Both the position numbers and the translations under genes were made by a program. Below the pieces are notes generated by a model. That model did no database searches and was not told the origin of the DNA. It saw only the letters and a list, made by a program, of their open reading frames with translations. Shown here in pieces: positions 24,481-33,504 of a DNA stretch of 39,355 bases (its first letter is position 1; each line of letters opens with the position of its first letter). Origin of the DNA: a virus (Duplodnaviria; Caudoviricetes); the IMG/VR virus record IMGVR_UViG_3300037310_000255, positions 1 to 39,355 of that record, one strand, 5' to 3'.

Positions 24481-25129
24481 GAAAGAGGCGCTCGATCGCT
24501 GGTACCCGGACTCGGGGCCGATGCGCCGCGAGCTCTATCGCAAGCACCTCGCGATGTTCCGCGCCGGCCGCGAGCACAACGAGCGCGTGTGCTTGGGCGG
24601 CAACCGCGTCGGCAAGACGCGCACGATCGGCGCGTACGAGACCGCGCTGCACCTGACCGGGCTCTATCCCGTTTGGTGGGAGGGCCGCGTCTTCGAGCGG
24701 CCGATCCTCGCCTGGGCCGCGGGCACGAAGGCGACGAAGGTGCGTGACGTCAATCAGACGTTCTTGCTGGGCAAGCTCACCGTCGACGCCGGCGTCACGA
24801 TGGCGAGCGGCGGGCTCATCCCGCGCAAGCGCATCGTGCGGCTCTCGAGAAAGTCGAGCGTCGCCGACGCCGTCGACCAGGTCGTGATCGCGCACAAGGA
24901 CGGCTACGAGAACGTGCTGACGTTCAAGAGCTACGAGGAAGGCCGCTCGTCGTTCGAGGCCGAGGCCGTCGACTGGATCTGGCTCGACGAGGAGGGTTCG
25001 CGAGCGATCTACGACGAATGCAAGATGCGCCTCCTTACGACGCGGGGCGCGATGCTCTCCACGTTCACGCCGGTCGAGGGCATGACGGAGCTCGTGATCT
25101 CGCTGCTCGAGGGGTCGGACTTTCTCTAG
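24392..25129 (+). CDS. terL: terminase large subunit, N-terminal ATPase half (P22 gp2-like)
   Basis: RRELYRKH, Walker A GGNRVGKT, Walker B WIWLDEE, coupling motif TFTP, then TAG. Confidence 0.9.
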   Translation: MASISLGSLQEMDPRQAAYLILRELQQRTEKEALDRWYPDSGPMRRELYRKHLAMFRAGREHNERVCLGGNRVGKTRTIGAYETALHLTGLYPVWWEGRVFERPILAWAAGTKATKVRDVNQTFLLGKLTVDAGVTMASGGLIPRKRIVRLSRKSSVADAVDQVVIAHKDGYENVLTFKSYEEGRSSFEAEAVDWIWLDEEGSRAIYDECKMRLLTTRGAMLSTFTPVEGMTELVISLLEGSDFL

Positions 25130-25142
25130 CCGGGAGGCATGC

Positions 25143-25445
25143 GTGAACGACGAGCAAATCGAATCGGAGATCCAGACCAAGGGCCTCAACGCGCCGCGCG
25201 TCACGCCGGCGATGATCGAGGACGCGATCCGCGGCGAGGAGTACTACGTCTTCGCGGGCACCACGCTCACGGTGTGCTGCCTCACGCTGCGCAACGGCTT
25301 CACGGTGACCGGCGAGAGTGCCGCGGCGAGTCCGGAGAACTTCGACGCGGAGCTCGGCCGCAAGATCGCGCGCGAGCACGCCAAGCAAAAGATCTGGGCA
25401 CTCGAGGGCTACCTCCTCAAGCAATGGCTATTCGAGAAGCAGTGA
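25143..25445 (+). CDS. N4 Gp49 / Sf6 gp66 family protein
   Basis: APRVTP..IE..I, LTVCCLTLRNGFTVTGESA.ASPENFDAELGRKIA...A...IW.LEGY.L. Confidence 0.85.
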   Translation: MNDEQIESEIQTKGLNAPRVTPAMIEDAIRGEEYYVFAGTTLTVCCLTLRNGFTVTGESAAASPENFDAELGRKIAREHAKQKIWALEGYLLKQWLFEKQ

Positions 25446-25633
25446 CCCGCCGCACCCGCCGCCCGCGGCACTGCTCGGTCGAGACGTGCCGGACCAAACT
25501 CACGCGAGAGGAGCTGCTCTACAACGATGGCCGATGTAACGCGTGCATCCGAGTCGCTCTCGAGCGAAGTGCCGGGGGGGCCGATCATCCAGCGCATGGC
25601 CGAATACGCCCAGGAGCACCCCGAGGCGACTGA
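25442..25633 (+). CDS. small Cys-rich hypothetical protein
   Basis: GTGA coupling; CSVETC...GRCNAC. Confidence 0.4.
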   Translation: MTRRTRRPRHCSVETCRTKLTREELLYNDGRCNACIRVALERSAGGADHPAHGRIRPGAPRGD

Positions 25634-25883
25634 GTACTCGATCGTCGACGAGGCCGAAGCGCAGGCGTTGCTGCTCGCGATCGCGGAGCAGGTGCGTGTG
25701 ATGCTCGACGTCGGCGGCTTTCGCGGCACGAAGCGCCACGCCCTGCAGACCGTCAACCACGCGTATCGCCGCGCCGTGCAAGAAGGCTGCGCGCTCAAGT
25801 ACATAGCCGGCCTCACGGCCGAGGAGGAGCTCGAGGTGTTCGGACTCAAGATCGTCGTGCCGGCCATCGTGGTGCACCAATGA
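25527..25883 (+). CDS. hypothetical protein; start uncertain (25527, 25569 or 25596)
   Basis: Coding-like codon usage; ATGA coupling to the next gene. Confidence 0.6.
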   Translation: MADVTRASESLSSEVPGGPIIQRMAEYAQEHPEATEYSIVDEAEAQALLLAIAEQVRVMLDVGGFRGTKRHALQTVNHAYRRAVQEGCALKYIAGLTAEEELEVFGLKIVVPAIVVHQ

Positions 25884-26326
25884 GCGGCGCGGACCGGATG
25901 CGCGAGATCGCGATGGCGATCTGCGCCTCGCGGCTCGACAACGGCGTGAGCGCCGAGGACTTCACGGAGCGGGTCGAGCAGCTGATCGAGTGCGCGCGCG
26001 ACGAGGGCAAGCAGCTCGGGCGGCTTGCGGGCTCGATCGAGCGGATCGGCAGGCGAGACGAACCGGAGCCGGCGGCGGGCACCGGCGACGAGCCGTCAAG
26101 CAGCACCGAATCCGGTGCGGATCTGCACCCTGGCGATGCAAGATCGGTCCCGGCCGGTCGCCGCCGCTTGAGCTACGACGACAAGACGCGCATGCGCGAG
26201 CGGTACGCGGTAGCGATGGAGGGCCGTCAACGCGCACCGAACGGCTTCCTCGAGAGGATGGCCAGCGAGTACGGCGTGAGCGTCGCCACGGTCAAGGAGA
26301 CGCTTTACCGCGGTGACGGCACGTGA
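25880..26326 (+). CDS. hypothetical protein with a C-terminal HTH
   Basis: LERMASEYGVSVATVKETL. Confidence 0.65.
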   Translation: MSGADRMREIAMAICASRLDNGVSAEDFTERVEQLIECARDEGKQLGRLAGSIERIGRRDEPEPAAGTGDEPSSSTESGADLHPGDARSVPAGRRRLSYDDKTRMRERYAVAMEGRQRAPNGFLERMASEYGVSVATVKETLYRGDGT

Positions 26327-26590
26327 ACGGCAAGGTCGTGCCGATCAAGCGCGGGGCGACGTCGCCGAAGGCGTTCTGCGCGATGCTCTACGAGCAGGCC
26401 GACAAGATCGAGCACATCGCGATCGTCGTTCAGTGGAAGGAAGACGCAAAAGGGGAAGCCGACGAACCTAACCAACGTCGCCGCGACGACGATGCCGATC
26501 TGCGATCTCGTGTGGCTCAAGCACGTGTTCGACGCGGACATTCTCAGCGAACAGGAGCGAGAGCCGCGCCGGCCGGACGACGCGGCGTAA
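26323..26590 (+). pseudogene. hypothetical gene with an apparent +1 frameshift near 26470
   Basis: MNGKVVPIKR...GEADEP continues in the +1 frame as TNVAATTMPICDLVWLKHVFD...DDAA, ending TAA four bases before the TerL-C start. Confidence 0.5.
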
Positions 26591-26594
26591 GCTC

Positions 26595-27332
26595 GTGTCG
26601 AAGTACCTCGACATGATTGCCTGGGAGGACTGCCCGCACTTGCAGCCGCCCAACATCCCGAAAGAGGAGCTCGACCAGCTCGAGCGCGACATGCTGCCGC
26701 ACCAGCGCAGCGCGCGGCGCACGGGCCGGCCTGCGCTCGGCGCCGGCGCCGTCTATCCGATCGACGAGGAGTCGATCTTCGTCGACCCGTTCCGGATCCC
26801 CGAGCACTGGCCGCGCGGTTACGCGCTCGACGTCGGCTGGCGTCGCACGGCCGCGCTCTGGGGCGCGTACGACGAGGACGCCGATCGCTACTACCTCACG
26901 CACGAGTACTACGAGAGCGAGCAACAGCCGATCGTGCACGCGGCCGCGATCAAGGCAGTCGGTGAGTGGATGACCGGCGCGATCGACCCGGCCGCGGATA
27001 ACAGCAACCAACGCGACGGGTCGAAGCTGAAAAGCGAGTACGATGAGCTCGGGCTGAACCTCGTGTTCGCGAACAACGCGGTCGCGGCGGGCATACACCA
27101 CGTGCTGACGCTCTATCAGTCCGGGCGCCTGAAGGTGTTCAAAAGTTGCGTTAGCTTCCGAAAGGAGTTCAGACTCTACCGCCGCCACAAGGAAGGGACG
27201 CCCAAAGCCGGCAAGATCGTCAAAGAGAACGATCACTTGATGGACTGCAAGCGGTACCTGCTCAACACGAGCGGCGTCTTCGCCACCCCACCGATCCAGA
27301 AGGCGCGACGAGCTGCACGTGGAGAGTGGTAG
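26595..27332 (+). CDS. terL: terminase large subunit, C-terminal RNase H-like nuclease half
   Basis: WEDCPHL, PHQRSAR..G.P.LG.G.VYP, ALDVGW, AIDPA, Y.R...GKIVKENDHLMDC.RY. Confidence 0.9.
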   Translation: MSKYLDMIAWEDCPHLQPPNIPKEELDQLERDMLPHQRSARRTGRPALGAGAVYPIDEESIFVDPFRIPEHWPRGYALDVGWRRTAALWGAYDEDADRYYLTHEYYESEQQPIVHAAAIKAVGEWMTGAIDPAADNSNQRDGSKLKSEYDELGLNLVFANNAVAAGIHHVLTLYQSGRLKVFKSCVSFRKEFRLYRRHKEGTPKAGKIVKENDHLMDCKRYLLNTSGVFATPPIQKARRAARGEW

Positions 27333-27335
27333 CGG

Positions 27336-29828
27336 ATGCCGACGAAGGCAAACGAAAAGCCCGATCACGCGATCACGGTCGAGGCGAGCGACGCCAACGA
27401 CGACCCGCTGAAGCCGCTCCGCGAGCGCTTTCAGGTCCATCAGGGCTTTTGGTCGCAGATCCACACCGAGGCGCGCGACGACGATAACTTCGTCGCCGGC
27501 GACCAGTGGCCGGCGCGGATCAAAGCGGACCGCGAGGAAGCCGGCCGCCCCGTCCTGACGTACAACCTCTTCCCGTCGTTCTGCCGGCAGATCCGCAACA
27601 AGGTTCGCCAGGAGCGTCCGCAGATCAAGATCCGGCCGGTCGAGCAGGACCGCCACCTGCCGCCGTCGATCAAGAACCTGCAGGGCACGAAGGACTACAG
27701 CCTCGCGGACGTGTTCAGCGGGATCATCCGCAACATCGAGCACGTAAGCCGCGCCGACCAGGCGTACGACACCTCGATCACGCACGCCGTCGATCACGGC
27801 TTCGGCTTCTTCTACGTCGAAAACACGTGGTCGAAGCACGACCCGTTCGTGCAGGAGCTCCTGATCCGGCGCGTGAAGGACAGCTACTCGGTGACGCTCG
27901 ACCCGAGCGCCCAGGAAGCCGACTACAGCGACGCGCAGGACGGCTTCCTGTTCACGTCGGTGAACCGCGCCACGTTCGAGGAGAAATACCCGGACGCCAA
28001 GGCGGGGAGCTTCGACGGCGGCGTGTCGTTCGATGGCTGGTGGGATGCCGAGAGCGTCCGCGTGGCGCAGTACTACCGCATCGAGTACCGCGACGACGAG
28101 GCGCTGCTCCTCTCGAACGGCAAGGTCGTCTACCTCTCCGACGTGAAGGACGTGCTCGACGAGCTCGAGCTCGAGCAAGGCGTCCACGTGCTCGTGAGCG
28201 GCGGCAAGGAGATGCGCCGCAAGGTGAAGCGGCCCATCTGCACGTGGCGCAAGATCACCGGCTGCGAAGTGCTCGAGGGCCCGCTCGATCTCCCGTTCGA
28301 GCACGTGCCGATCTTCGCGGTGCTGGGCGATGAGCAGCTCGTCGACGGCCAGGTGCACTACATCTCGGCGATCCGCGACGCCAAGGACGCTCAGCGCAGC
28401 TACAACTACTGGCGCACGGCCGCGGCGGAGACAGTGGCGCTCGCGCCGCGCGCGCCGTACATCGGCACGGAAAAGCAGTTCGCCGGGCACGAGCACCTCT
28501 ACGAGACGGCGAACTCCGAGAACCACCCGTACCTGACGTACAACCACGTCGACGGCGTGCCGCCGCCGCAGCGGCAGTTCCCGGCCGGGATCAGCGCCGG
28601 CGAGCTCGCGCTCGCGACGCAGGACGCGCGCGACATGCAGACGATGATCGGGCTGCACGACGCGTCGCTTGGCCGCGAGAGCAACGAGAAGTCCGGGCGC
28701 GCGATCGAACGCCGGCAGGCTCAAGGGCTCACGTCGACGTTCCAGTTCCCGGACAACCTCGGCCGCGCGCAGGAACACATGGCGCGCGTGCTGATCCATG
28801 CGATCCCGCGGATCTACGACACGCGCCGCGTGATGCGCATTCGGCTGCCGGACGACACCGAGGACTTCGTCGAGATCAACACGGTCGTCGAGGATCAGGA
28901 CCGGCCGGGCCACCGCGTGCTGATCCACGATCTCGGCGTCGGGCGCTACGACGTCGTGATGGAGCCCGGCATCGACTACGCGACGCAGATGCATGAGGCG
29001 CGCGACACGCAGCTCGAGATCTTGAAGGTCATCGGGCCCGAGAAAGCCGGCCAGATCGTGCACCTCGTCGTCGAGAACATCGGGGGACCTGGCGCCGACA
29101 AGATCGCCCGCGTGCTGCGCAAGCTCCTGCCCGACGAGCTCAAGAGCGACGAGGAGAAACGCGCGGATCTCCCGGCCGGCATCGTCATGGGCCCAAAAGG
29201 GCAGCCGATCGTCGAGGAGACGGGCGAGCCGTGGCAGCCGCCGCTGACACCGGCGCAGCAGCTCCTGCAGCAGCAGCAGAAGGTCGACGAGCTCAAGGCC
29301 CAGGCCGAGATCGCGACCGCTCAGAGCAGACAGAAAGACGCCGACGCGCGCGTGGCGATCGCGAACGCCAAGCTCGAGGAGGCCAAGCTCAAGCTCGCCG
29401 AGATGCAACGCGGGCCCGTCGGCGAGCAGGCCCGCGACGACGTGCAGTTCCTCAAAGACGTCGAGGAGCTCGTGCGGCGCGTGATGGAGGAGCACGAGAA
29501 GAACCCGAAGGCGCACGGCGACGCGACCGCCGCGGCCGTCACCGAGTCGGCCGTCGAGGTGCTCGAGCGCGTCAAGCGCTACGTGGACTCGCACGTCGAG
29601 CCGATCGGCAAGAAGGTCGAGACCGCCGAGCAGGAGCGCAAGCTCGAGAAGGCGACACAGCGTGCCGCCGGCAAGGTCGATCGGAAGGACGTCGACGACG
29701 AGCCGAAGGCGCCGAACGTCGTGAAGTTCGTGTACGATGCCGGCGAGCTCGTCGGCGCGCAGATCGACGGGAGCAAGCTGATCAAGATCGAGCGGGGCCG
29801 GGCTCGCGCGCGCAGGGCGCATGAGTAG
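27336..29828 (+). CDS. portal protein (P22 gp1-like) with a long C-terminal helical extension
   Basis: D..FVAGDQW, RPVLTYN, DA.DAQR.YNYW, SG.AI.RRQ.QG, F.DNL, G.YDV. Confidence 0.92.
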   Translation: MPTKANEKPDHAITVEASDANDDPLKPLRERFQVHQGFWSQIHTEARDDDNFVAGDQWPARIKADREEAGRPVLTYNLFPSFCRQIRNKVRQERPQIKIRPVEQDRHLPPSIKNLQGTKDYSLADVFSGIIRNIEHVSRADQAYDTSITHAVDHGFGFFYVENTWSKHDPFVQELLIRRVKDSYSVTLDPSAQEADYSDAQDGFLFTSVNRATFEEKYPDAKAGSFDGGVSFDGWWDAESVRVAQYYRIEYRDDEALLLSNGKVVYLSDVKDVLDELELEQGVHVLVSGGKEMRRKVKRPICTWRKITGCEVLEGPLDLPFEHVPIFAVLGDEQLVDGQVHYISAIRDAKDAQRSYNYWRTAAAETVALAPRAPYIGTEKQFAGHEHLYETANSENHPYLTYNHVDGVPPPQRQFPAGISAGELALATQDARDMQTMIGLHDASLGRESNEKSGRAIERRQAQGLTSTFQFPDNLGRAQEHMARVLIHAIPRIYDTRRVMRIRLPDDTEDFVEINTVVEDQDRPGHRVLIHDLGVGRYDVVMEPGIDYATQMHEARDTQLEILKVIGPEKAGQIVHLVVENIGGPGADKIARVLRKLLPDELKSDEEKRADLPAGIVMGPKGQPIVEETGEPWQPPLTPAQQLLQQQQKVDELKAQAEIATAQSRQKDADARVAIANAKLEEAKLKLAEMQRGPVGEQARDDVQFLKDVEELVRRVMEEHEKNPKAHGDATAAAVTESAVEVLERVKRYVDSHVEPIGKKVETAEQERKLEKATQRAAGKVDRKDVDDEPKAPNVVKFVYDAGELVGAQIDGSKLIKIERGRARARRAHE

Positions 29829-30111
29829 GCTTGCGGCGCGGGATGGAGGTCGATGTATGGAACTGACTCGACGGCTGCGCGGCAAGCAGGTCGCGTGCGT
29901 CATGACGAACGGGCACGTGCTCGCGATCCGCACCGAGGACGGTGCCGAGATCCGCGTCGTGTGGGTCGACGACAACGGCGACGTCATCAAGGGCCGCCCG
30001 CTCGTCGAGGGTCATGGGCTGCGGCTTCGCGCCGCGGGCCTGTGCGAGATCATCGACGGCCGCGAGGCCGGGCTCGGCAAGATCGTGGTTCCGCAACGAG
30101 GAGTGGGCTGA
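29821..30111 (+). CDS. hypothetical protein; start may be 29857
   Basis: GGAGG before ATGGAACTG; LTRRL.GK.V...MTNG..L.I...DG.E..V.WVDDNG. Confidence 0.6.
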   Translation: MSRLAARDGGRCMELTRRLRGKQVACVMTNGHVLAIRTEDGAEIRVVWVDDNGDVIKGRPLVEGHGLRLRAAGLCEIIDGREAGLGKIVVPQRGVG

Positions 30112-30542
30112 TGGCAGCGTTCAACAAGGTCCAGGACTACGTCGAGCAGCTCGCCAAGGCTGTTCACAACTGGGCGAGTCACACGTTCAAGGCGCCGCTA
30201 ACGAACACCGCGCCGACGGCGACGCAGACGACGTGGAACACGACCGATCATCCGGCGCCGGCGGCCGCGAACGGCTACACCGCCGGCGGGCAAGCGCTCG
30301 ACACCGTGACGCTGACCGAGTCATCGGGCACGGCGAAGGTCACGATCGCGGACGAGGTGTACACCGCCGCCGGCGGCAGCATCGGCCCGTTCCGCTACGT
30401 GCCGATCTACAACGACACGGCGACGTCGCCGGCCGACGCGCTCGTGTGCTGGTACGACTACGGCTCGAGCATCACGCTGCTCGACACCGAGACCTTCACG
30501 ATCGACTTCGACGCGACCAACGGCCTCTGGCAGATGGTGTAA
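30111..30542 (+). CDS. putative virion structural protein
   Basis: MAAFNK..DYVE.L....HN..SHTFK..LTNTAP, NGYTAGG, IGPFRY...YNDT, WYDYGSSITL. Confidence 0.75.
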   Translation: MAAFNKVQDYVEQLAKAVHNWASHTFKAPLTNTAPTATQTTWNTTDHPAPAAANGYTAGGQALDTVTLTESSGTAKVTIADEVYTAAGGSIGPFRYVPIYNDTATSPADALVCWYDYGSSITLLDTETFTIDFDATNGLWQMV

Positions 30543-30544
30543 CC

Positions 30545-30826
30545 ATGAGCAAGCAAACTACCGCTGCACTCCAAGAGATCGAGGCCAAGATGGCCGAGCT
30601 GAAGGCCATCATCGACGGCGTCGATGCACGCCTCGCGCCCGTCGACGCGCAGATCGACGCGCTGCTCGAGGAGCAGCAAAAGGTGCAGCGCGCCGTCGAC
30701 CTCGCGGTGCTGAAGCTCAACGAGGCCCGCGGCATGCCACCGGCCGAGTACCTCGAGCTCAAGCGCAAGTACGGCCGGCTCGCAGCGACGCGCATGCAGC
30801 TGCGGCAGACGGCGCAGGATCTCTGA
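30545..30826 (+). CDS. coiled-coil hypothetical protein
   Basis: Heptad pattern; closely packed with neighbours. Confidence 0.7.
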   Translation: MSKQTTAALQEIEAKMAELKAIIDGVDARLAPVDAQIDALLEEQQKVQRAVDLAVLKLNEARGMPPAEYLELKRKYGRLAATRMQLRQTAQDL

Positions 30827-30827
30827 C

Positions 30828-31271
30828 GTGGCGTTTCCGGCATCGCAAGTGCGCCTGTCGCAGGGGCTCGATCGCGCCTGCAACGACGCGCTGCACGTGA
30901 AGGCGAAGGTTGCCGGCGTGCGCGCGCAGACGGGCAGCAACGTCAAGCGCGCAGTGCTCATCGACGTCATGCGAGATCTGACGCAGGCACTCGTGCGTTG
31001 GCAGCAGACGGCCGCGCTACCGGGCATCGCGCAGTACGCCCGCGACCAGTGGAACAACCAGGCGCTCGACGTAGCCGCCGAGTTCACGACGATGGTCAAC
31101 GCCGCGACCGCTTTGCGCGACGACATCTTCACGACCTTCCCGAAGCAGGCCGGCGTCTGGCTGGTGCATAGCTACGATAACGCGGGAGTTCCGACCGATG
31201 CGGTGTTCACGCCCGCGCAGCTCGGGAACTTCAACACGCTGGCAGATGCGCTGATAGCCGCCGTGGGCTGA
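30828..31271 (+). CDS. hypothetical protein
   Basis: GTG start with AGGA upstream; closely packed. Confidence 0.7.
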   Translation: MAFPASQVRLSQGLDRACNDALHVKAKVAGVRAQTGSNVKRAVLIDVMRDLTQALVRWQQTAALPGIAQYARDQWNNQALDVAAEFTTMVNAATALRDDIFTTFPKQAGVWLVHSYDNAGVPTDAVFTPAQLGNFNTLADALIAAVG

Positions 31272-31278
31272 GCTCCAC

Positions 31279-33054
31279 ATGGCGCTCGGGTTCACGAGCC
31301 TCGACACCGGCTCGGAGTCGTCCTCCGACGGAACAGTCCTCACGGCGTCGGAATCTCCCGCCGACGGCTCGGCGCTGTACCTGACCGTCGCAGCGTCGTT
31401 CACGGGCATTTCAGGTAGCAACGATCCGATCACCTTTTACGGAGTCTCGGCCTCAGTTGCAGGGCTGAGTGGCACGTGGACGCAGATGGCGGCGGTTACT
31501 TACGCCGTCCGCCGTGTCTTGTGGGTCTTTCGCGGCACGAAGGCGTCTGCCTGGGGTTCCGGTCAGTTCACGATTACGGTCGATGATGGCAGCGCGACAC
31601 TTCAAGACGTTGCGTACACGCTCGATCAAGTCACCGGGCTCAACACGGCCGACCCCGACGATGCTCCAGTCACGGGCTCGGCGAACAACAGCCTCGCTCT
31701 CGGCGACATCGGCACCGTCGATGCCGGCGATGCGGTGTTCGTGGCGGGCGGTCACGAGCATGGCGCCAACAACTTTCAATGCACGGGCTACACCGGGATC
31801 TCGTCGATCGGCGGGCTCGCCAACGTTCGTCAGATCAGGACGTGGTACGACGATAGCTCCCCGGACGAGACGCCGAACCTCACGAGCGACGGCGCTGGGA
31901 ACGGCATCGGCGGCATCGCGTTCGTCATCAACGTTGCGGCCGGCGGAACGTCGTACACGCTCACCGCGGAGCAAGGCTCATACGCACTGACGGGGCAAGC
32001 GGCTGCGCTACGCGCGGCGCGCCAGCTCGCCGCCGCGCAAGGCGCGTACGCGCTGACGGGACAGACGGCCGGGCTTCAGTACGGCCGCAAGGTCGGCGCT
32101 GCGCAGGGGAGCTATGCGCTGACGGGTCAGGCCGCCGCGCTGCGCGCCGCTCGCCAACTCGCCGCGCTTCAAGGCGCGTATGCCTTGTCGGGCCAAGCCG
32201 CCGGCGTGCAATACGGGCGCAAAGTCGCCGCGGCGCAGGGATCGTACGCGCTCATGGGACAGGACGTGGCGCTGCGGACGTCACGCACGATCCTCGCCGC
32301 GCAGGGGAGTTACGCGCTCAATGGGCAAGCCGCGGGGCTGATCTACGACGCGGGCGACGAGGTGCTCACGGCCGAGCCGGGCTCCTACACGCTGAACGGC
32401 GAAGCGGCCAACTTGCGCGCCGCACGCACGGTGCTTGCCGAGCTCGGGACGTACAGCCTCTCGGGCCAGGCCGCGCGCCTCGCGCGCGATGCACGCCTCG
32501 TGCTCGAGGCCGGCGCGTACGCGCTCAACGGCCAGGCGGCGGCGCTCACCGCACCCAGCAAGCTCGTGGCCGAGTTCGGCGTGTACACGCTGAGCGGCCA
32601 GGACGCGGTGCTGCTCTATGAGCCCGTCGCCGGCGACGGGCTCGCGGATCCGACGTCGCGGCTGCCGTCCGAATGGGCCGAGCCGCCGGCGAAACGGCCG
32701 CGTCACTGGGAGCCGTTCGACCTCTCGTACTTTCGCTGGAAGTACGCGCGCGATCGCGCGCGCGTGGAGCTCGTCGAGCTCTCGCCGCCGGCGGCGCAGG
32801 CGTTCAAGCGCAGCGTCGAGGACCGCGCCGACGAGATCGACGAGGACATCGAGGAGCTCGAGGCGGAGATCGCGCGCTTCGAGCGTGCGAACGCACGGCA
32901 GCGTCGGATCATCGGCGACGTCGAGGCGGCGATCGCGCAGGTACAGGCCGTGCTCGAGCTCGCGATCGGCGCGCGTCAGCGGCAGCAGGAGGAGCTCGCC
33001 ATGATCCTGATCATCGTGAGCCTGCTTACGCCGGGCGGCTCGCGACGCCGTTGA
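31279..33054 (+). CDS. putative fibre/decoration protein: beta-rich head, ten 22-aa repeats, C-terminal coiled coil
   Basis: Repeats of the type AAQGSYALTGQAAALRAARQL; Ser/Thr/Gly-rich N-domain. Confidence 0.7.
   Translation: MALGFTSLDTGSESSSDGTVLTASESPADGSALYLTVAASFTGISGSNDPITFYGVSASVAGLSGTWTQMAAVTYAVRRVLWVFRGTKASAWGSGQFTITVDDGSATLQDVAYTLDQVTGLNTADPDDAPVTGSANNSLALGDIGTVDAGDAVFVAGGHEHGANNFQCTGYTGISSIGGLANVRQIRTWYDDSSPDETPNLTSDGAGNGIGGIAFVINVAAGGTSYTLTAEQGSYALTGQAAALRAARQLAAAQGAYALTGQTAGLQYGRKVGAAQGSYALTGQAAALRAARQLAALQGAYALSGQAAGVQYGRKVAAAQGSYALMGQDVALRTSRTILAAQGSYALNGQAAGLIYDAGDEVLTAEPGSYTLNGEAANLRAARTVLAELGTYSLSGQAARLARDARLVLEAGAYALNGQAAALTAPSKLVAEFGVYTLSGQDAVLLYEPVAGDGLADPTSRLPSEWAEPPAKRPRHWEPFDLSYFRWKYARDRARVELVELSPPAAQAFKRSVEDRADEIDEDIEELEAEIARFERANARQRRIIGDVEAAIAQVQAVLELAIGARQRQQEELAMILIIVSLLTPGGSRRR
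31960..32625 (+). repeat. intragenic ~66-bp (22-aa) repeat, ten copies
   Basis: x-x-A-x-x-G-x-Y-x-L-x-G-Q-x-A-x-L recurs ten times. Confidence 0.9.
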
Positions 33055-33101
33055 AGCCGGCGCAGATTACGCGCGGTCAGCCACACCGAGGAGCGCGTAT
33101 C

Positions 33102-33500
33102 TTGCAACGACCAAACACCCCTGGGCCGGCTGCGCCTGCCACGGACGGGGCAACCGGCGACGTCGATCACTACATCGTCGGGCCGACCGCGTATCGCGCC
33201 GTCGTTCACGTGCTCGAGCAGATCCCGTACGGCCAGATCGCCGCCACGATGCGGCTACTCGAGCGCGACACGACGCCCGTGCTTTTTCACGACAAGATCC
33301 GCGAGCTCAGACAACACGAACAGCGGCTGCTCGATCTGGCCGACGTCGTCTCCCGCGCGATCACCGCGCTCGACGAGCGACGGCTCAACCGCTCGCGGGG
33401 CACGCGCTCGATGGCAACGATCGCGAACATGCTCGCCGACGCGTACAAGACGGCGACGCTGCTCGACGTTGAACGCGTTGAAACCGCAAAGAAGGAGTAG
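33102..33500 (+). CDS. hypothetical protein
   Basis: GAGGAG SD with TTG start; L.QIPYGQI motif; fills the gap before the scaffold gene. Confidence 0.55.
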   Translation: MQRPNTPGPAAPATDGATGDVDHYIVGPTAYRAVVHVLEQIPYGQIAATMRLLERDTTPVLFHDKIRELRQHEQRLLDLADVVSRAITALDERRLNRSRGTRSMATIANMLADAYKTATLLDVERVETAKKE

Positions 33501-33504
33501 CAGA

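Noticed and set aside
25130-26594. Group I/II intron or intein explaining the terL gap
   Set aside because: The gap is filled with closely packed ORFs. I see no catalytic RNA core, maturase, LAGLIDADG or intein terminal motifs; only the boundary bases fit.
26544-29990. 1148-aa minus-strand ORF, and similar long antisense ORFs at 1940-3634, 6495-8447 and 19915-21765
   Set aside because: These are shadow frames of GC-rich genes with clear plus-strand functions.
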